From NCBI GenBank assembly GCA_963663765.2, contig CAXXUA010000007.1:82741-146740 (forward strand): a stretch of 64,000 bases of DNA, written 5' to 3'. This document shows, piece by piece, positions 38,607-48,786 of this stretch (the first letter of the stretch is position 1; every line of letters starts with the position of its first letter). A model generated the notes under the pieces. The model saw nothing but the letters and a program-made list of their open reading frames with translations, had not been told where the DNA came from and made no database searches. The DNA is from Candidatus Poribacteria bacterium (GTDB lineage: Bacteria > Poribacteria > WGA-4E > WGA-3G). The translations under genes were made by a program, and so were the position numbers.

Positions 38607-39751
38607 TACCATTTCCAATAGATTTATTCTCATTATTATTGTATAATATTTGACAAATTTTATTTAGAGAAAGGTAGTTTTCTATGAACAAAAAAGTTCC
38701 TGATATTACAGAAAGTGTTAAAGAACTAAAATCCCTCATGAGCACCGCTAAGGATACGACTGAAAAAGACAAAATTCGTATGCTCTATCTACTAAAAAGC
38801 GGTGAAGCGAAAAATCGTATAGGTGTAGCCGCTTTGCTCGGTATGTGCCGAGAAACGATTGGCCAATGGTTATCCAAGTATGAAGCAAGGGGACTTGAGC
38901 AGTTGTTAGAACGCCGTTATGCTCCGGGACGCAAACCCTTTATGACACCCGATCAACTTGAGACACTCCGAGAAAAATTGAACGAACCAGAAGGTTTTAG
39001 CAGTTATGTTGAGATCCACCGATATGTCATTGAGACGTTTGGAGTTGAGATAAGTTATCAGGCGATTTATGCACTGGTGCATGATAGATGGCATGCGAAA
39101 CTCAAAGTGCCACGCAAAAGTCATATAAAAAAAACGCCGATGCAGCAGATGAGTTCGTAAAGAACTTTTCATCAGAAGTATTCTCTGCTATTTCAGAAAA
39201 GCGTTCCACTGGTCAGCGTGTTCGCCTTTTCTGTGAAGATGAAACCAGATATGGCACTTTATCGGACACTCATAGACGGATTACCGCACGGGGTGTCAAA
39301 CCTGTTGCCAAAATAGATTATACTTATGAGGCAGTTTATCTATATGGAGCTGTTGAACCCCTTACGGGCAAAGGGTGTTTTCTTGAACTCCCTTATCTGA
39401 ATGCAGCCTGTTTCCAGATCTTTATAGACCATCTCAGTGAGACTTTTCCCGATACCCTAAATGTGGTGATCCTTGATAATGGTCGGTTCCATCACGCAAA
39501 AGCGTTGAAAGTGCCTGAAAACGTTGTCCTACACTTTCTACCTCCTTATTGTCCGGAATTGAACCCGATTGAGCGTCTGTGGCAAGATATCAAAGCAAAG
39601 TTATTTAGCAAAACATATCAAACCTTGAAACACATGCAAGAAAGCATCACACACATACTATCTGATTATTCTAACGATGTCATCGCAAAAATCACAGGGT
39701 TCTCGTATTTTATAAAAACTGCTAATGAGATATAATCAATTAGAATTGGTA
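38607..39751 (+). mobile_element. IS630-family element, transposase split by a -1 frameshift (38684-39160 and 39088-39735)
   Basis: imperfect TIR TACCATTTCCAATAGATT / AATCAATTAGAATTGGTA; A8C at 39127-39135; DETR, LDN, PPYCPELNPIE. Confidence 0.9.
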
Positions 39752-40425
39752 TTATTTATATTTAAGCATTTTAGTTGTTTCCTGAGAAAATCGCGACCAG
39801 GAGGTCGCTCCTACCGCGGGGTTTCTTTTTTGAAAAATCCAAAAGTCAGGAAAACTGAATAACCTGATAAATGTTACAGAGACATTCAATTGTCAAAATG
39901 TACTTTTGTAGGAGATGTATTCAACCTTGATTTTCGCTTCTTTTGTAGGTAGATAATTCCTCAAGTTGTGAACTTTGTTACTATCGTGGAAATTTTTAGT
40001 TGTTTTTTTTGTGATTTTCGCATTTTTTTCATAAGTGTTTTCGATCGTGTCGTAGTATGGGTTTATGTCGGTTTTGTGAATTTACGAAATTTTGAAAAAA
40101 CAACTAAATGGATTTTTTATCGTTTTTTTGCTGTGTATTTTGTTTTGAATTTGTTAGTTGCTTTTGTGTTTTTTGATTTTTCTGTCTGTCATTTTGATGC
40201 ACCTTGTTTGTAAAACCAAAAGTTTGGAATTCATTTGTGCCTACGGGAAATATTATACCATACGGTTGTGTAAATGTGTTGCAATCATGTTTTTAGATCA
40301 ATAGATAGCATGTATAATCTATTGGGATTCTATTGTTAGCATGTCCTCTTTTATGTGTGAATCAACACCTAATGAAATTCATATATCTATAATCAAAATC
40401 ACGTTTTCATTGACTAATTTCTTAT

Positions 40426-42450
40426 TTACTTTATTGCATTTGCAGTAATTTTGTCCCAATCCCAAAGCAGAATAGTACCATCAGCACTCCCACTGGCAAG
40501 TAGTTTCCCATCGTGTGAGATTGCTAAAGCATGAATCCACTGCTTATGACCATTAAGAGAGTTTATCTTTTTGCCATCTTCTACATTCCATATTTGGATT
40601 GGATATTCCAACCACGAGGTAGTTGCTTCAAGAAGATACTTACCGTCTGGTGAGAACAGAATTACATTTTGATAATACAGATGATTTTGCGTGTGGAATT
40701 TGACTGTTTTCAGTTGTTTTATTTCAGTTTCCATTACACTCCAGAGCTCAATTCCGTCTGTATGATACAGTGCTAACTGTTTACTATCAGGAGAAAAAGC
40801 TAATGCATTTGCATTATCCATTTGTGGAGGTGAAATCTCCTTCAGAGTGTCGGTATACCATATCCGTGTACTCACGCGTTTCCCATAAGTAGCGATTAAC
40901 TTACCGTTAGGTGAGAATACTACTTTTCTATCAAAAGCCTTATCTACTTCTATACTATGTAGAAGATCACCAGAGTTGACATCAAAGAAAACTATTAGAC
41001 TTTCACGAAGACCAAATGCAGCTAACTTGTTGTCAGGAGAAAATGCTATATCTATGGCATCGCCTTTAAAGGTCGTGAGTTCATCCCCTGTCGGCATCAT
41101 CCAAAATTGCGTTTTACCATAATTCATCCAAGATGTCATAGTTGCTTTTCCTTCTGAATTGACTTTTGTCTCTATTCCATTACTTGCAAAAAGTGTCGCA
41201 TCGGAGGAAAATCCAATAACTGTTGTTGTGTCTTGATGTGGAAAGGAAGGTGAAGGAAACTCTTTCCCAGTATTGACATCCCAAATTTGCACTGTACCAT
41301 TAGATGCACCACTACATAGCATTGCATTGTCTGCTGTGAATGCTAATGCTTTGACAGATGAAGTGTGACCGGTTGAAATGATAGCAAGTTCTTTTCCAGT
41401 GGTTGAATTCCACATACGGACAGTCCCATCAGAACTACCACTTACCAGTAGTTCTTTATCAACTGGTGAAAACGTTATAGCTTTAATATTGTCCTTGTGT
41501 CCGATTAGTTTGGATTGTTGTTTTCTTTTTTTAACATCCCACACGATGATTGTCTCATCAGTGCTACAACTGGCTAATCTTGTGTTGTCTGATGAAAAGC
41601 TGAGTTTGTTAATCACTTCAGTATGTCCTTTAAAGCCTACAAGTTCTGATTCAGTTTCAGTATCCCATATTTTTACCGAGTTATCATCGTGTGCACTTCC
41701 AACAATTAATCCATTGGGTGAGATAGCTAATTCTTGAACACCCAGTTTTTCTTTCTTTTCCTTTTTAGGTGGATTTCTCCCAAGTATCCTTGAGACAAAC
41801 TCATTAATAGACGGGTTGGGTTTCAACTTATAATTTTCACTAAAACCTGTTGTCTTAGCATCCCATAAACGTATTAAGCATTCTGCTTGATCACTGCAGA
41901 CAATTGTTTTACCATCATCTGATAATGCAGTCTCTGGGTCCGTTTCATGAAATTTCGTCTTTGATATGACTTTTCCTGAGTTCATATCCCATTCAATTAT
42001 AAATTCGTTGTAATCAATACTAACTAAAGTCTCGTCGTTATCAATAAAAGTTAATTCTGTAACATCAAAATATTTGTGGGGTAATGTGAAGGAGTTAACA
42101 TTCGTACTGGTTTCCAAATCCCATATCTGAATGATAGAATTTGCCCTTCCACCGCATGCAAGAGTTTTCCCATCTGATGAGAACGCCAGAGATCTGATGG
42201 GTTGATGTGGAATTGAAATAAGCAGTTTTTCTTTATTATCAACTATCGGATATAACCACACACCAATTTCTGTAGCTACAGCAATTTGTTTTCCATCTGG
42301 AGAAAACTGAATAGCGTTAATTTCTCCCTTACCCAACCGCGCAATTGCACCTTCAGGTAATCCTGCCTGAGTGTTGTCTTGTCCGAAACAAACTGACTGC
42401 AATACAACAACAAGCAAAAAAGCAAAAATGAGTTTATATTTTGTTTTCAT
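40426..42450 (-). CDS. secreted WD40-repeat protein (array member 5)
   Basis: signal peptide plus GLPEGAIARLGKG; many FSPDG/WD repeats. Confidence 0.9.
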   Translation of the reverse strand: MKTKYKLIFAFLLVVVLQSVCFGQDNTQAGLPEGAIARLGKGEINAIQFSPDGKQIAVATEIGVWLYPIVDNKEKLLISIPHQPIRSLAFSSDGKTLACGGRANSIIQIWDLETSTNVNSFTLPHKYFDVTELTFIDNDETLVSIDYNEFIIEWDMNSGKVISKTKFHETDPETALSDDGKTIVCSDQAECLIRLWDAKTTGFSENYKLKPNPSINEFVSRILGRNPPKKEKKEKLGVQELAISPNGLIVGSAHDDNSVKIWDTETESELVGFKGHTEVINKLSFSSDNTRLASCSTDETIIVWDVKKRKQQSKLIGHKDNIKAITFSPVDKELLVSGSSDGTVRMWNSTTGKELAIISTGHTSSVKALAFTADNAMLCSGASNGTVQIWDVNTGKEFPSPSFPHQDTTTVIGFSSDATLFASNGIETKVNSEGKATMTSWMNYGKTQFWMMPTGDELTTFKGDAIDIAFSPDNKLAAFGLRESLIVFFDVNSGDLLHSIEVDKAFDRKVVFSPNGKLIATYGKRVSTRIWYTDTLKEISPPQMDNANALAFSPDSKQLALYHTDGIELWSVMETEIKQLKTVKFHTQNHLYYQNVILFSPDGKYLLEATTSWLEYPIQIWNVEDGKKINSLNGHKQWIHALAISHDGKLLASGSADGTILLWDWDKITANAIK

Positions 42451-42471
42451 AGTTACTTCCTATCGATAATG

Positions 42472-44748
42472 TTATCTGTTTTGGTTTCTTTTTTTGTGAT
42501 TTAGATTACCTTCCTCGTCAACTGTGAATGTTGCCAAACCAACATCTTTAACTTGCATTTGAAGAACACCCACAGATTCAAAATTTATTTTTAGGTCGCC
42601 TGTATTATACGTGCTTCCAATTTCACCTTGTAGTCCGGAGGAACTACCTTGATGGCTAACCCTATATAAATTATGTGATTTCTTAATCACATATCCATTA
42701 ATCCGCAGCCAATTTTTCACTGCATCCGCTTCAGTTGTTGAGTCATTGTATTTCACTGCACTTTTAGGCGGTAATAAGAACACATCATTGTTTTCACCTA
42801 TATTTTTTAATATCAGTTTTGAGAGAGTCTGCTCCCAATCCCATAATAATATTGTTCCATCCAGACTTCCACATGCAAGAATTTTACCATCATTTGCAAA
42901 ATCCAACGTTGTAATCTTATCTGTATGACCAACTATTTTACCAAATTTCCATCCTGTGTCTATCCCCCATACTTGAGTATAAGGTTCCAAACTATATCCA
43001 TCTATGCCATCTATGATGGAGAGAAGGAATTTTCCATCAGGAGAAAATACCAATCCATTTACAATGTTGTTGTCTATAATTCTTCCGCGTTGTTTGATAC
43101 CTGATGGAGTTACATCCCATAGGATGATTTCCTTATTTACAAGCGTGGCAAGGATTGTACTATCTGGAGAAAACACCAACGTTTTAATATCTTTGATGTT
43201 AATTTCAGCTATATCTTCCATCGTCTTGGCATTTAACATATATGATTCGGCATAACCTCCATAAATAAAGACATAATTCCCGTCAGGGGAGAAAGTGATT
43301 TTCCTATACCTAGAATACTCTATTTTGAAATTAAATATTTCCATTTTTGCGTTTATGTGCCAAAAGAACACCCCTTTTCGTTCATAATTTACAACAAGAA
43401 TGTTGCTGTCAGGTGAGAAATTAACTGTATTCACAGTACCCTGAAAATCTGACCAAGGTCCTTGAAGTTCCAAACCAGAAAATAAATTCCATACTTTGAG
43501 ATTGTTATTGCTAATGAACCGATTATTGTAAATAACTGCTATATGGGTATTATCTGAAGATAATTCAACGGATCTTATTCTGTTTTCATCATTATCAGAA
43601 AACGTCAAAGTTTCTTTTAATGTATTTTCCTCCCAAACTTCAACAGAACCACTATGAGTAAGGCTTAATAGGTCGTTGTCAATATCAGAAAAGGTGACCG
43701 TTTTGACTGCGTCTATATGTCCTGCTGTGAAAGTAGAAATTGCTTTACCAGTGTGTGGATTCCAAAATCTGATTGTACCATCGTAACATCCACTTGCCAA
43801 TGTGTTTCCATCAGGTGAAAACGCGAGTGCACAGATTTCATCTGTATGCCCGTGAAGGGTCCAAATTTCTCTTGGATTTTCTGTATCCCAAATCTTAATG
43901 ATACGATTAGTATCACCGCTGGCGAGAATTCTTCCATCCTTTGAAAAAGCGAGCGAACTAATTTTTGATTCATGACCACTAAACTTTGCAAGATTCATCC
44001 TTTTATCAATATTCCATAGTCTGACAGTCCTATCATATCCGCCACTTGCAAGCATTTTCACATCATTAGAGAAAGCCACTACGGAAATATCATAATCGGA
44101 AGATTGGAGTAATCCACTATGTCCTAAAAGTTTTGCGAGCTGTCTGTCAGTTGAAGCATTGAATATACGGATTCTCCCAGAACTTTCACCAATAGCATAA
44201 AAATTGTTTTTTTCAGAAAAAGTTGCGACATTATGGTAAGAGTAAATTCTGTTGTGAAGATTTGGTAGTTTATCACCAGTATCAATGTTCCAACCTGCTA
44301 TTCTTCCTTGCTTATCCAAACGCATGATTGTTTTCCCATTCTTTGAGAATGACAACGATGATGCTCCGTTCCTATTTTTAATTAATGTTTTTATTAAGAT
44401 TTTCCTATCATTCCCTATATCCCATAGTTGAATTTCTGGATTTGCATATCCTCCACTTGCGATCATCTTGCCATCTGTAGAAAAAGCTAAAGCGTTCACT
44501 TGTGCAGGATCTTCTGTAAACAATGCTGTCTCTTTTCCAGTAGCGACATCATGCAACCACAAACCGATATCTGTCCCAACTGCAAGATGTTTACCATCTG
44601 GCGAAAATCGCAGGGTATTAATCCCACCTTTACCAAGTCGTGCGATTGCACCTTCAGGTAATCCAACTTGTGTATTGTCTTGTCCGAAACAAACTGACTG
44701 CAATACAACAAACATAAAAGAAAAAATGAGTTTATACTTTGTTTTCAT
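42472..44748 (-). CDS. secreted WD40-repeat protein with an extra C-terminal domain (array member 4)
   Basis: same N-terminal module; about 115 aa after the last LWDW. Confidence 0.9.
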   Translation of the reverse strand: MKTKYKLIFSFMFVVLQSVCFGQDNTQVGLPEGAIARLGKGGINTLRFSPDGKHLAVGTDIGLWLHDVATGKETALFTEDPAQVNALAFSTDGKMIASGGYANPEIQLWDIGNDRKILIKTLIKNRNGASSLSFSKNGKTIMRLDKQGRIAGWNIDTGDKLPNLHNRIYSYHNVATFSEKNNFYAIGESSGRIRIFNASTDRQLAKLLGHSGLLQSSDYDISVVAFSNDVKMLASGGYDRTVRLWNIDKRMNLAKFSGHESKISSLAFSKDGRILASGDTNRIIKIWDTENPREIWTLHGHTDEICALAFSPDGNTLASGCYDGTIRFWNPHTGKAISTFTAGHIDAVKTVTFSDIDNDLLSLTHSGSVEVWEENTLKETLTFSDNDENRIRSVELSSDNTHIAVIYNNRFISNNNLKVWNLFSGLELQGPWSDFQGTVNTVNFSPDSNILVVNYERKGVFFWHINAKMEIFNFKIEYSRYRKITFSPDGNYVFIYGGYAESYMLNAKTMEDIAEINIKDIKTLVFSPDSTILATLVNKEIILWDVTPSGIKQRGRIIDNNIVNGLVFSPDGKFLLSIIDGIDGYSLEPYTQVWGIDTGWKFGKIVGHTDKITTLDFANDGKILACGSLDGTILLWDWEQTLSKLILKNIGENNDVFLLPPKSAVKYNDSTTEADAVKNWLRINGYVIKKSHNLYRVSHQGSSSGLQGEIGSTYNTGDLKINFESVGVLQMQVKDVGLATFTVDEEGNLNHKKRNQNR

Positions 44749-44751
44749 AAT

Positions 44752-46755
44752 TTAATTTCCTCTGTTTATTTTGTTTTTTGAAGTGATTTCTTCCCAATCC
44801 CATAGCATGATCGTTCCATCCCAACTTGCACTGGCAAGTATTTTCCCATCGTGAGAAAATGATAATGACGTGATTCTTTCAGTATGTCCAGACAAAGTAC
44901 AAATCTCATTACCAGATTGTACATCTAACAGTTGTATATATTCTTGAAAATCTATCAGCGATAAATAAACCAATGTCTTATTATCGCGAGAAAAATTTAA
45001 AAACTTTACAAGTATGTCTGTTTCAAGTGTATTTCCCTCATCCAGCCCATCTGGAGTAATATGCCAGAGAACAATACTTTTTTGGAAGCCAATTGCCAAT
45101 AGAGTTCCATCCGATGAAAATGCTACAGTTCTTGGATACTCCAACACAGGAAGAATTATCTCCTGTTGTGTTGTCAAGTTCCAAACTATAATATTTTTTA
45201 TATTTTGGCACAAGACGAGAAGGTTACCATTTGGTGAAATCTTCAATTCATTCATAGGTGCGAATTCTATATTCTGTTTGAAAAGTACCTTTCCTGTATT
45301 AATACTCCATGAAATAATACCTTTATCATTTATAACCGAAAATATGTTTTTGTTGTCATTTGAAAAGAGAAATGTGTTAACGTTACCTAAATTATCCATC
45401 CACGATGTATCAATTTTCCTATCAATGGAAATGTCCCATAATACAGGATTAATTTTTGGTTTTTTCACTGCACTACCAGAACTTTGTGCTCCCATACTAA
45501 ATGGGTCAAACGCAGAATTCCATGTGTTTTCTTGTATCACCAAGAGTGAACCGTCATGCGAAAATGCAACTGAATCTCTACTGCCGGTTTGTGCAAGTCT
45601 GCGCGTAGACATAGTCTGATGTGTACTTAAACTCCATTCATTCAGAATCCCGTTATAGTTTATACTTTTTAGGATAGAGTCGTCATTTGTAAATGTAACT
45701 TTCTTGATCCATTTTGTGTGTCCTGTCGTAAAAATATTAATTTCTTTACCAGACATATAATCCCAGAATCGAATTGTACCGTCATGACTCCCACTTGCTA
45801 ATGTTTCTCCATCAGGTGAGAACACTAAGGCAGCAATTCCGCTTGTGTGTACATTTAATTCTCTCTGTTCAATTTGAGTATCCATATCCCATAGTTTTAT
45901 CACGTTATTCGCATCGCCTGCTGCAAGTGTTTTATTGTCACTTGAAATCGCTATAGCAGAAAATCTGGCAGAATTTCCTTTAAGTGTGGTAGACGGTTTC
46001 GGAGTCTCCATATCCCATAGCATTACATTATGTCCAATACTATCAGTAACAAGATATTTTCTATTGGAAGCAAAGGCAAAAACACGAATATTTTTTATAC
46101 TCTTATCATATATGTTATGATGTCCCGTGTTACTAACCCCTGATCTACCTGTGATCGCATTCAAGAAAAGGATGTTATTTTTCTTGTCTTCCATTGCAAT
46201 GATGTTATCTTTATCGGATATTAAAACTGCATTTTTGACATCAATATTGTGAGTTAATATTTCAACTTGGTCATTTTCTATGTCCCAATGAGCTACCGTC
46301 CCCTTAAGTTCCAATATGATTAATTTCTTGTCGTTATCGAAAAAGGACAATCCTGAAATGATTAGGGTTTTTTCGCTGATTCTGTGTAAATCAAGTGATG
46401 ATAGCAGTATGCCTTTTTCCAAATCCCATATTTGTATGACAGAATTTTCAAACCCCCCACTTGTAAAAATCTTTCCATCTGAAGAGAATGAAAGCACATT
46501 CACTTGACCAGTATGTTCGTTAAAGAGAGGTGTCTCATTGCCATTATGCACATCATATATCCATAAACCAGCATCCGAACCAACTAACAGACGCGTGCCA
46601 TCAGGTGAGAAACGCATAATATTGATTCCGCCTTTTCCCAAGCGTGCAATAGCACCATCAGGTAATCCTACCGTTGTGCTGTCTTGCGCGATGCTGGTTG
46701 AGTGTATAGCAACAATCAACAGAACAATCATGATTAGTCTGAGTTTAGTCATCAC
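44752..46755 (-). CDS. secreted WD40-repeat protein (array member 3)
   Basis: same architecture. Confidence 0.9.
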   Translation of the reverse strand: MMTKLRLIMIVLLIVAIHSTSIAQDSTTVGLPDGAIARLGKGGINIMRFSPDGTRLLVGSDAGLWIYDVHNGNETPLFNEHTGQVNVLSFSSDGKIFTSGGFENSVIQIWDLEKGILLSSLDLHRISEKTLIISGLSFFDNDKKLIILELKGTVAHWDIENDQVEILTHNIDVKNAVLISDKDNIIAMEDKKNNILFLNAITGRSGVSNTGHHNIYDKSIKNIRVFAFASNRKYLVTDSIGHNVMLWDMETPKPSTTLKGNSARFSAIAISSDNKTLAAGDANNVIKLWDMDTQIEQRELNVHTSGIAALVFSPDGETLASGSHDGTIRFWDYMSGKEINIFTTGHTKWIKKVTFTNDDSILKSINYNGILNEWSLSTHQTMSTRRLAQTGSRDSVAFSHDGSLLVIQENTWNSAFDPFSMGAQSSGSAVKKPKINPVLWDISIDRKIDTSWMDNLGNVNTFLFSNDNKNIFSVINDKGIISWSINTGKVLFKQNIEFAPMNELKISPNGNLLVLCQNIKNIIVWNLTTQQEIILPVLEYPRTVAFSSDGTLLAIGFQKSIVLWHITPDGLDEGNTLETDILVKFLNFSRDNKTLVYLSLIDFQEYIQLLDVQSGNEICTLSGHTERITSLSFSHDGKILASASWDGTIMLWDWEEITSKNKINRGN

Positions 46756-46780
46756 TTGCTATTTTCCCTGCCTTTTTATC

Positions 46781-48769
46781 TTATTTAATTGAGTTGATTT
46801 TGTCCCAATCCCATAGCATGATCGTTCCATCCCAACTTGCACTTGCAAGTGTTTTCCCGTCGTGTGAAAATGATAAAGTTGTAATCCTTTCAGTATGTGC
46901 AGGTAATGAACCAATTTCTGTTCCAGTTTGTACATCTAACAATTGGATATAATATTGAAAATTATTAATTATTGAACAAATTATAGTCCTGCTATCCGGT
47001 GAAAAAATTAGGTCTTCATTCACACTCACATTTTCAATAGAATTTCCCTCATCCAATCCATCTGGTGTAATATGCCATAACAGGATACTGTTGGGTTGTG
47101 CCATTGCCATGAGCGTTCCGTCGGGTGAGAAGGAAACAGACAATGCTGTCATTAACTTAGGCAAGATTAATTCTTGTTGTGTTTCAAAATCCCATACCTG
47201 ACTTTTTATATGCCTCCCACTGGTTGCAAGTAATTTTTCATCTGGGGAAAATGTCAGTTTAACTTTATCGGGTTCTAAAATTTCATATTGAAACAACATC
47301 TCACCAGTATTGATATCCCAAGAAAAAATCCCTTTTTGATCTATCCATGCACTAATAATCTTGTTTCCATGAGAGAACAACAAAGCGTCTACAAAACCTA
47401 TATTGTCGTTCCAAGTCGTATCAATTATCTTATCCTTGGATAAATCCCATAGTAAAATATTAAATTTTGATGGTATAATTTCACCGACATATCTCGCTCG
47501 GTATGTTGGACTCAACGGATCAAAGGCAAAGTCACATTTGTTTTCTTGCAATGCCAAAAGTTTAGCATCCTGTGAGAATACAACGGATTCCCTGAAACCA
47601 CTTTGTCTAAAACTTTGTGTAGATAAAATTTGATGTGTTTTTAAACTCCATTCAAACAAATTACCGTTAAAGTCAACACACTTAAGTATAGAGTCGTCTT
47701 CTGTAAATGCAAACTTCTTGACCCACTTGATGTGACCTGTAGCAAAAGTAGAAGTTTCCTTACCTGTTTGATAATCCCAAAATCTGATTGTGCCGTCGTA
47801 ACTTCCACTTGCCAATGTTTTTCCATTAGGAGAGAACACCAAAGCACTAATCCCACTTGTATGATTTTTTAAATCCAATAGTTCAGTACGGTTTTCCATA
47901 TTCCAGAGTTTTATATTTCCATGTGCATCACCACCAGCAAGTGTCATATTGTCATGGGAGAATGCTATGGCAGAAAACAGAGCAGAATCTCCTTTGAAAG
48001 TTGTAGACAATTCCTGTTTAGTAATATCCCACAACAATACTGTATTTTTAAAACTGCCTGTGGCGAGATATTTATTGTTAGGAGAATAGTCAAATACACG
48101 TATATTTTTCCAACGTTCATCACGAATTGTAATATGTCCTGTTTGATTTATCGACTGTCTACCCAATATAACCTCAAAGCATATAAGATTATTATCCCGA
48201 TCTTCCACAACTATTACACAAGGTTTTTCTGATACTAAGACCGCATTACTGATTTCTGCATTGTACGGTAAAAGTTCAACTGTATCTGTATCAATATGCC
48301 ATTTTGTAATCTTACCTTTTCCATCTAATACGATGATCCCTTCATCATTTGTGAAGAATGATAAGCCAGTGATAGAATGTATTTCTTCATTAGATTTGCG
48401 TAAATTGAGTTTTGATAGTTTATTTCCAGTATCAAGTTCCCATAACTGTATGATTGGGTTTGCGTATCCGCCACTTGCGAGAATCTTACCATCTGAAGAA
48501 AATGACAACACATTAACCTGTCCAAGTTGTACCGTGTATAATTGAGTTTCTTCCCCACTTTCAACATCATATATCCACAAACCGACATCTGTCCCAACAA
48601 CCAAACGCGTGCCGTCTGGTGTAAATCGCATGACATTAATCCCACCTTTCCCAAGCCGTGCGATTGCCCCCTCAGGTAGGCCAATCTTTGTGCTGTCTTG
48701 CGCAATGCTGGTTGAGTGTATAGCAACAATCAACAGAACAATGATGAAATATGGATAATTCAATTTCAT
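46781..48769 (-). CDS. secreted WD40-repeat protein (array member 2)
   Basis: same architecture. Confidence 0.9.
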   Translation of the reverse strand: MKLNYPYFIIVLLIVAIHSTSIAQDSTKIGLPEGAIARLGKGGINVMRFTPDGTRLVVGTDVGLWIYDVESGEETQLYTVQLGQVNVLSFSSDGKILASGGYANPIIQLWELDTGNKLSKLNLRKSNEEIHSITGLSFFTNDEGIIVLDGKGKITKWHIDTDTVELLPYNAEISNAVLVSEKPCVIVVEDRDNNLICFEVILGRQSINQTGHITIRDERWKNIRVFDYSPNNKYLATGSFKNTVLLWDITKQELSTTFKGDSALFSAIAFSHDNMTLAGGDAHGNIKLWNMENRTELLDLKNHTSGISALVFSPNGKTLASGSYDGTIRFWDYQTGKETSTFATGHIKWVKKFAFTEDDSILKCVDFNGNLFEWSLKTHQILSTQSFRQSGFRESVVFSQDAKLLALQENKCDFAFDPLSPTYRARYVGEIIPSKFNILLWDLSKDKIIDTTWNDNIGFVDALLFSHGNKIISAWIDQKGIFSWDINTGEMLFQYEILEPDKVKLTFSPDEKLLATSGRHIKSQVWDFETQQELILPKLMTALSVSFSPDGTLMAMAQPNSILLWHITPDGLDEGNSIENVSVNEDLIFSPDSRTIICSIINNFQYYIQLLDVQTGTEIGSLPAHTERITTLSFSHDGKTLASASWDGTIMLWDWDKINSIK

Positions 48770-48786
48770 GGTTAATTTCCTTTGTT

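Noticed and set aside
39088-39160. IS630 frameshifts as inactivating mutations (also 56826-56843)
   Set aside because: Both lie at A8C runs at the usual programmed -1 position for this family.
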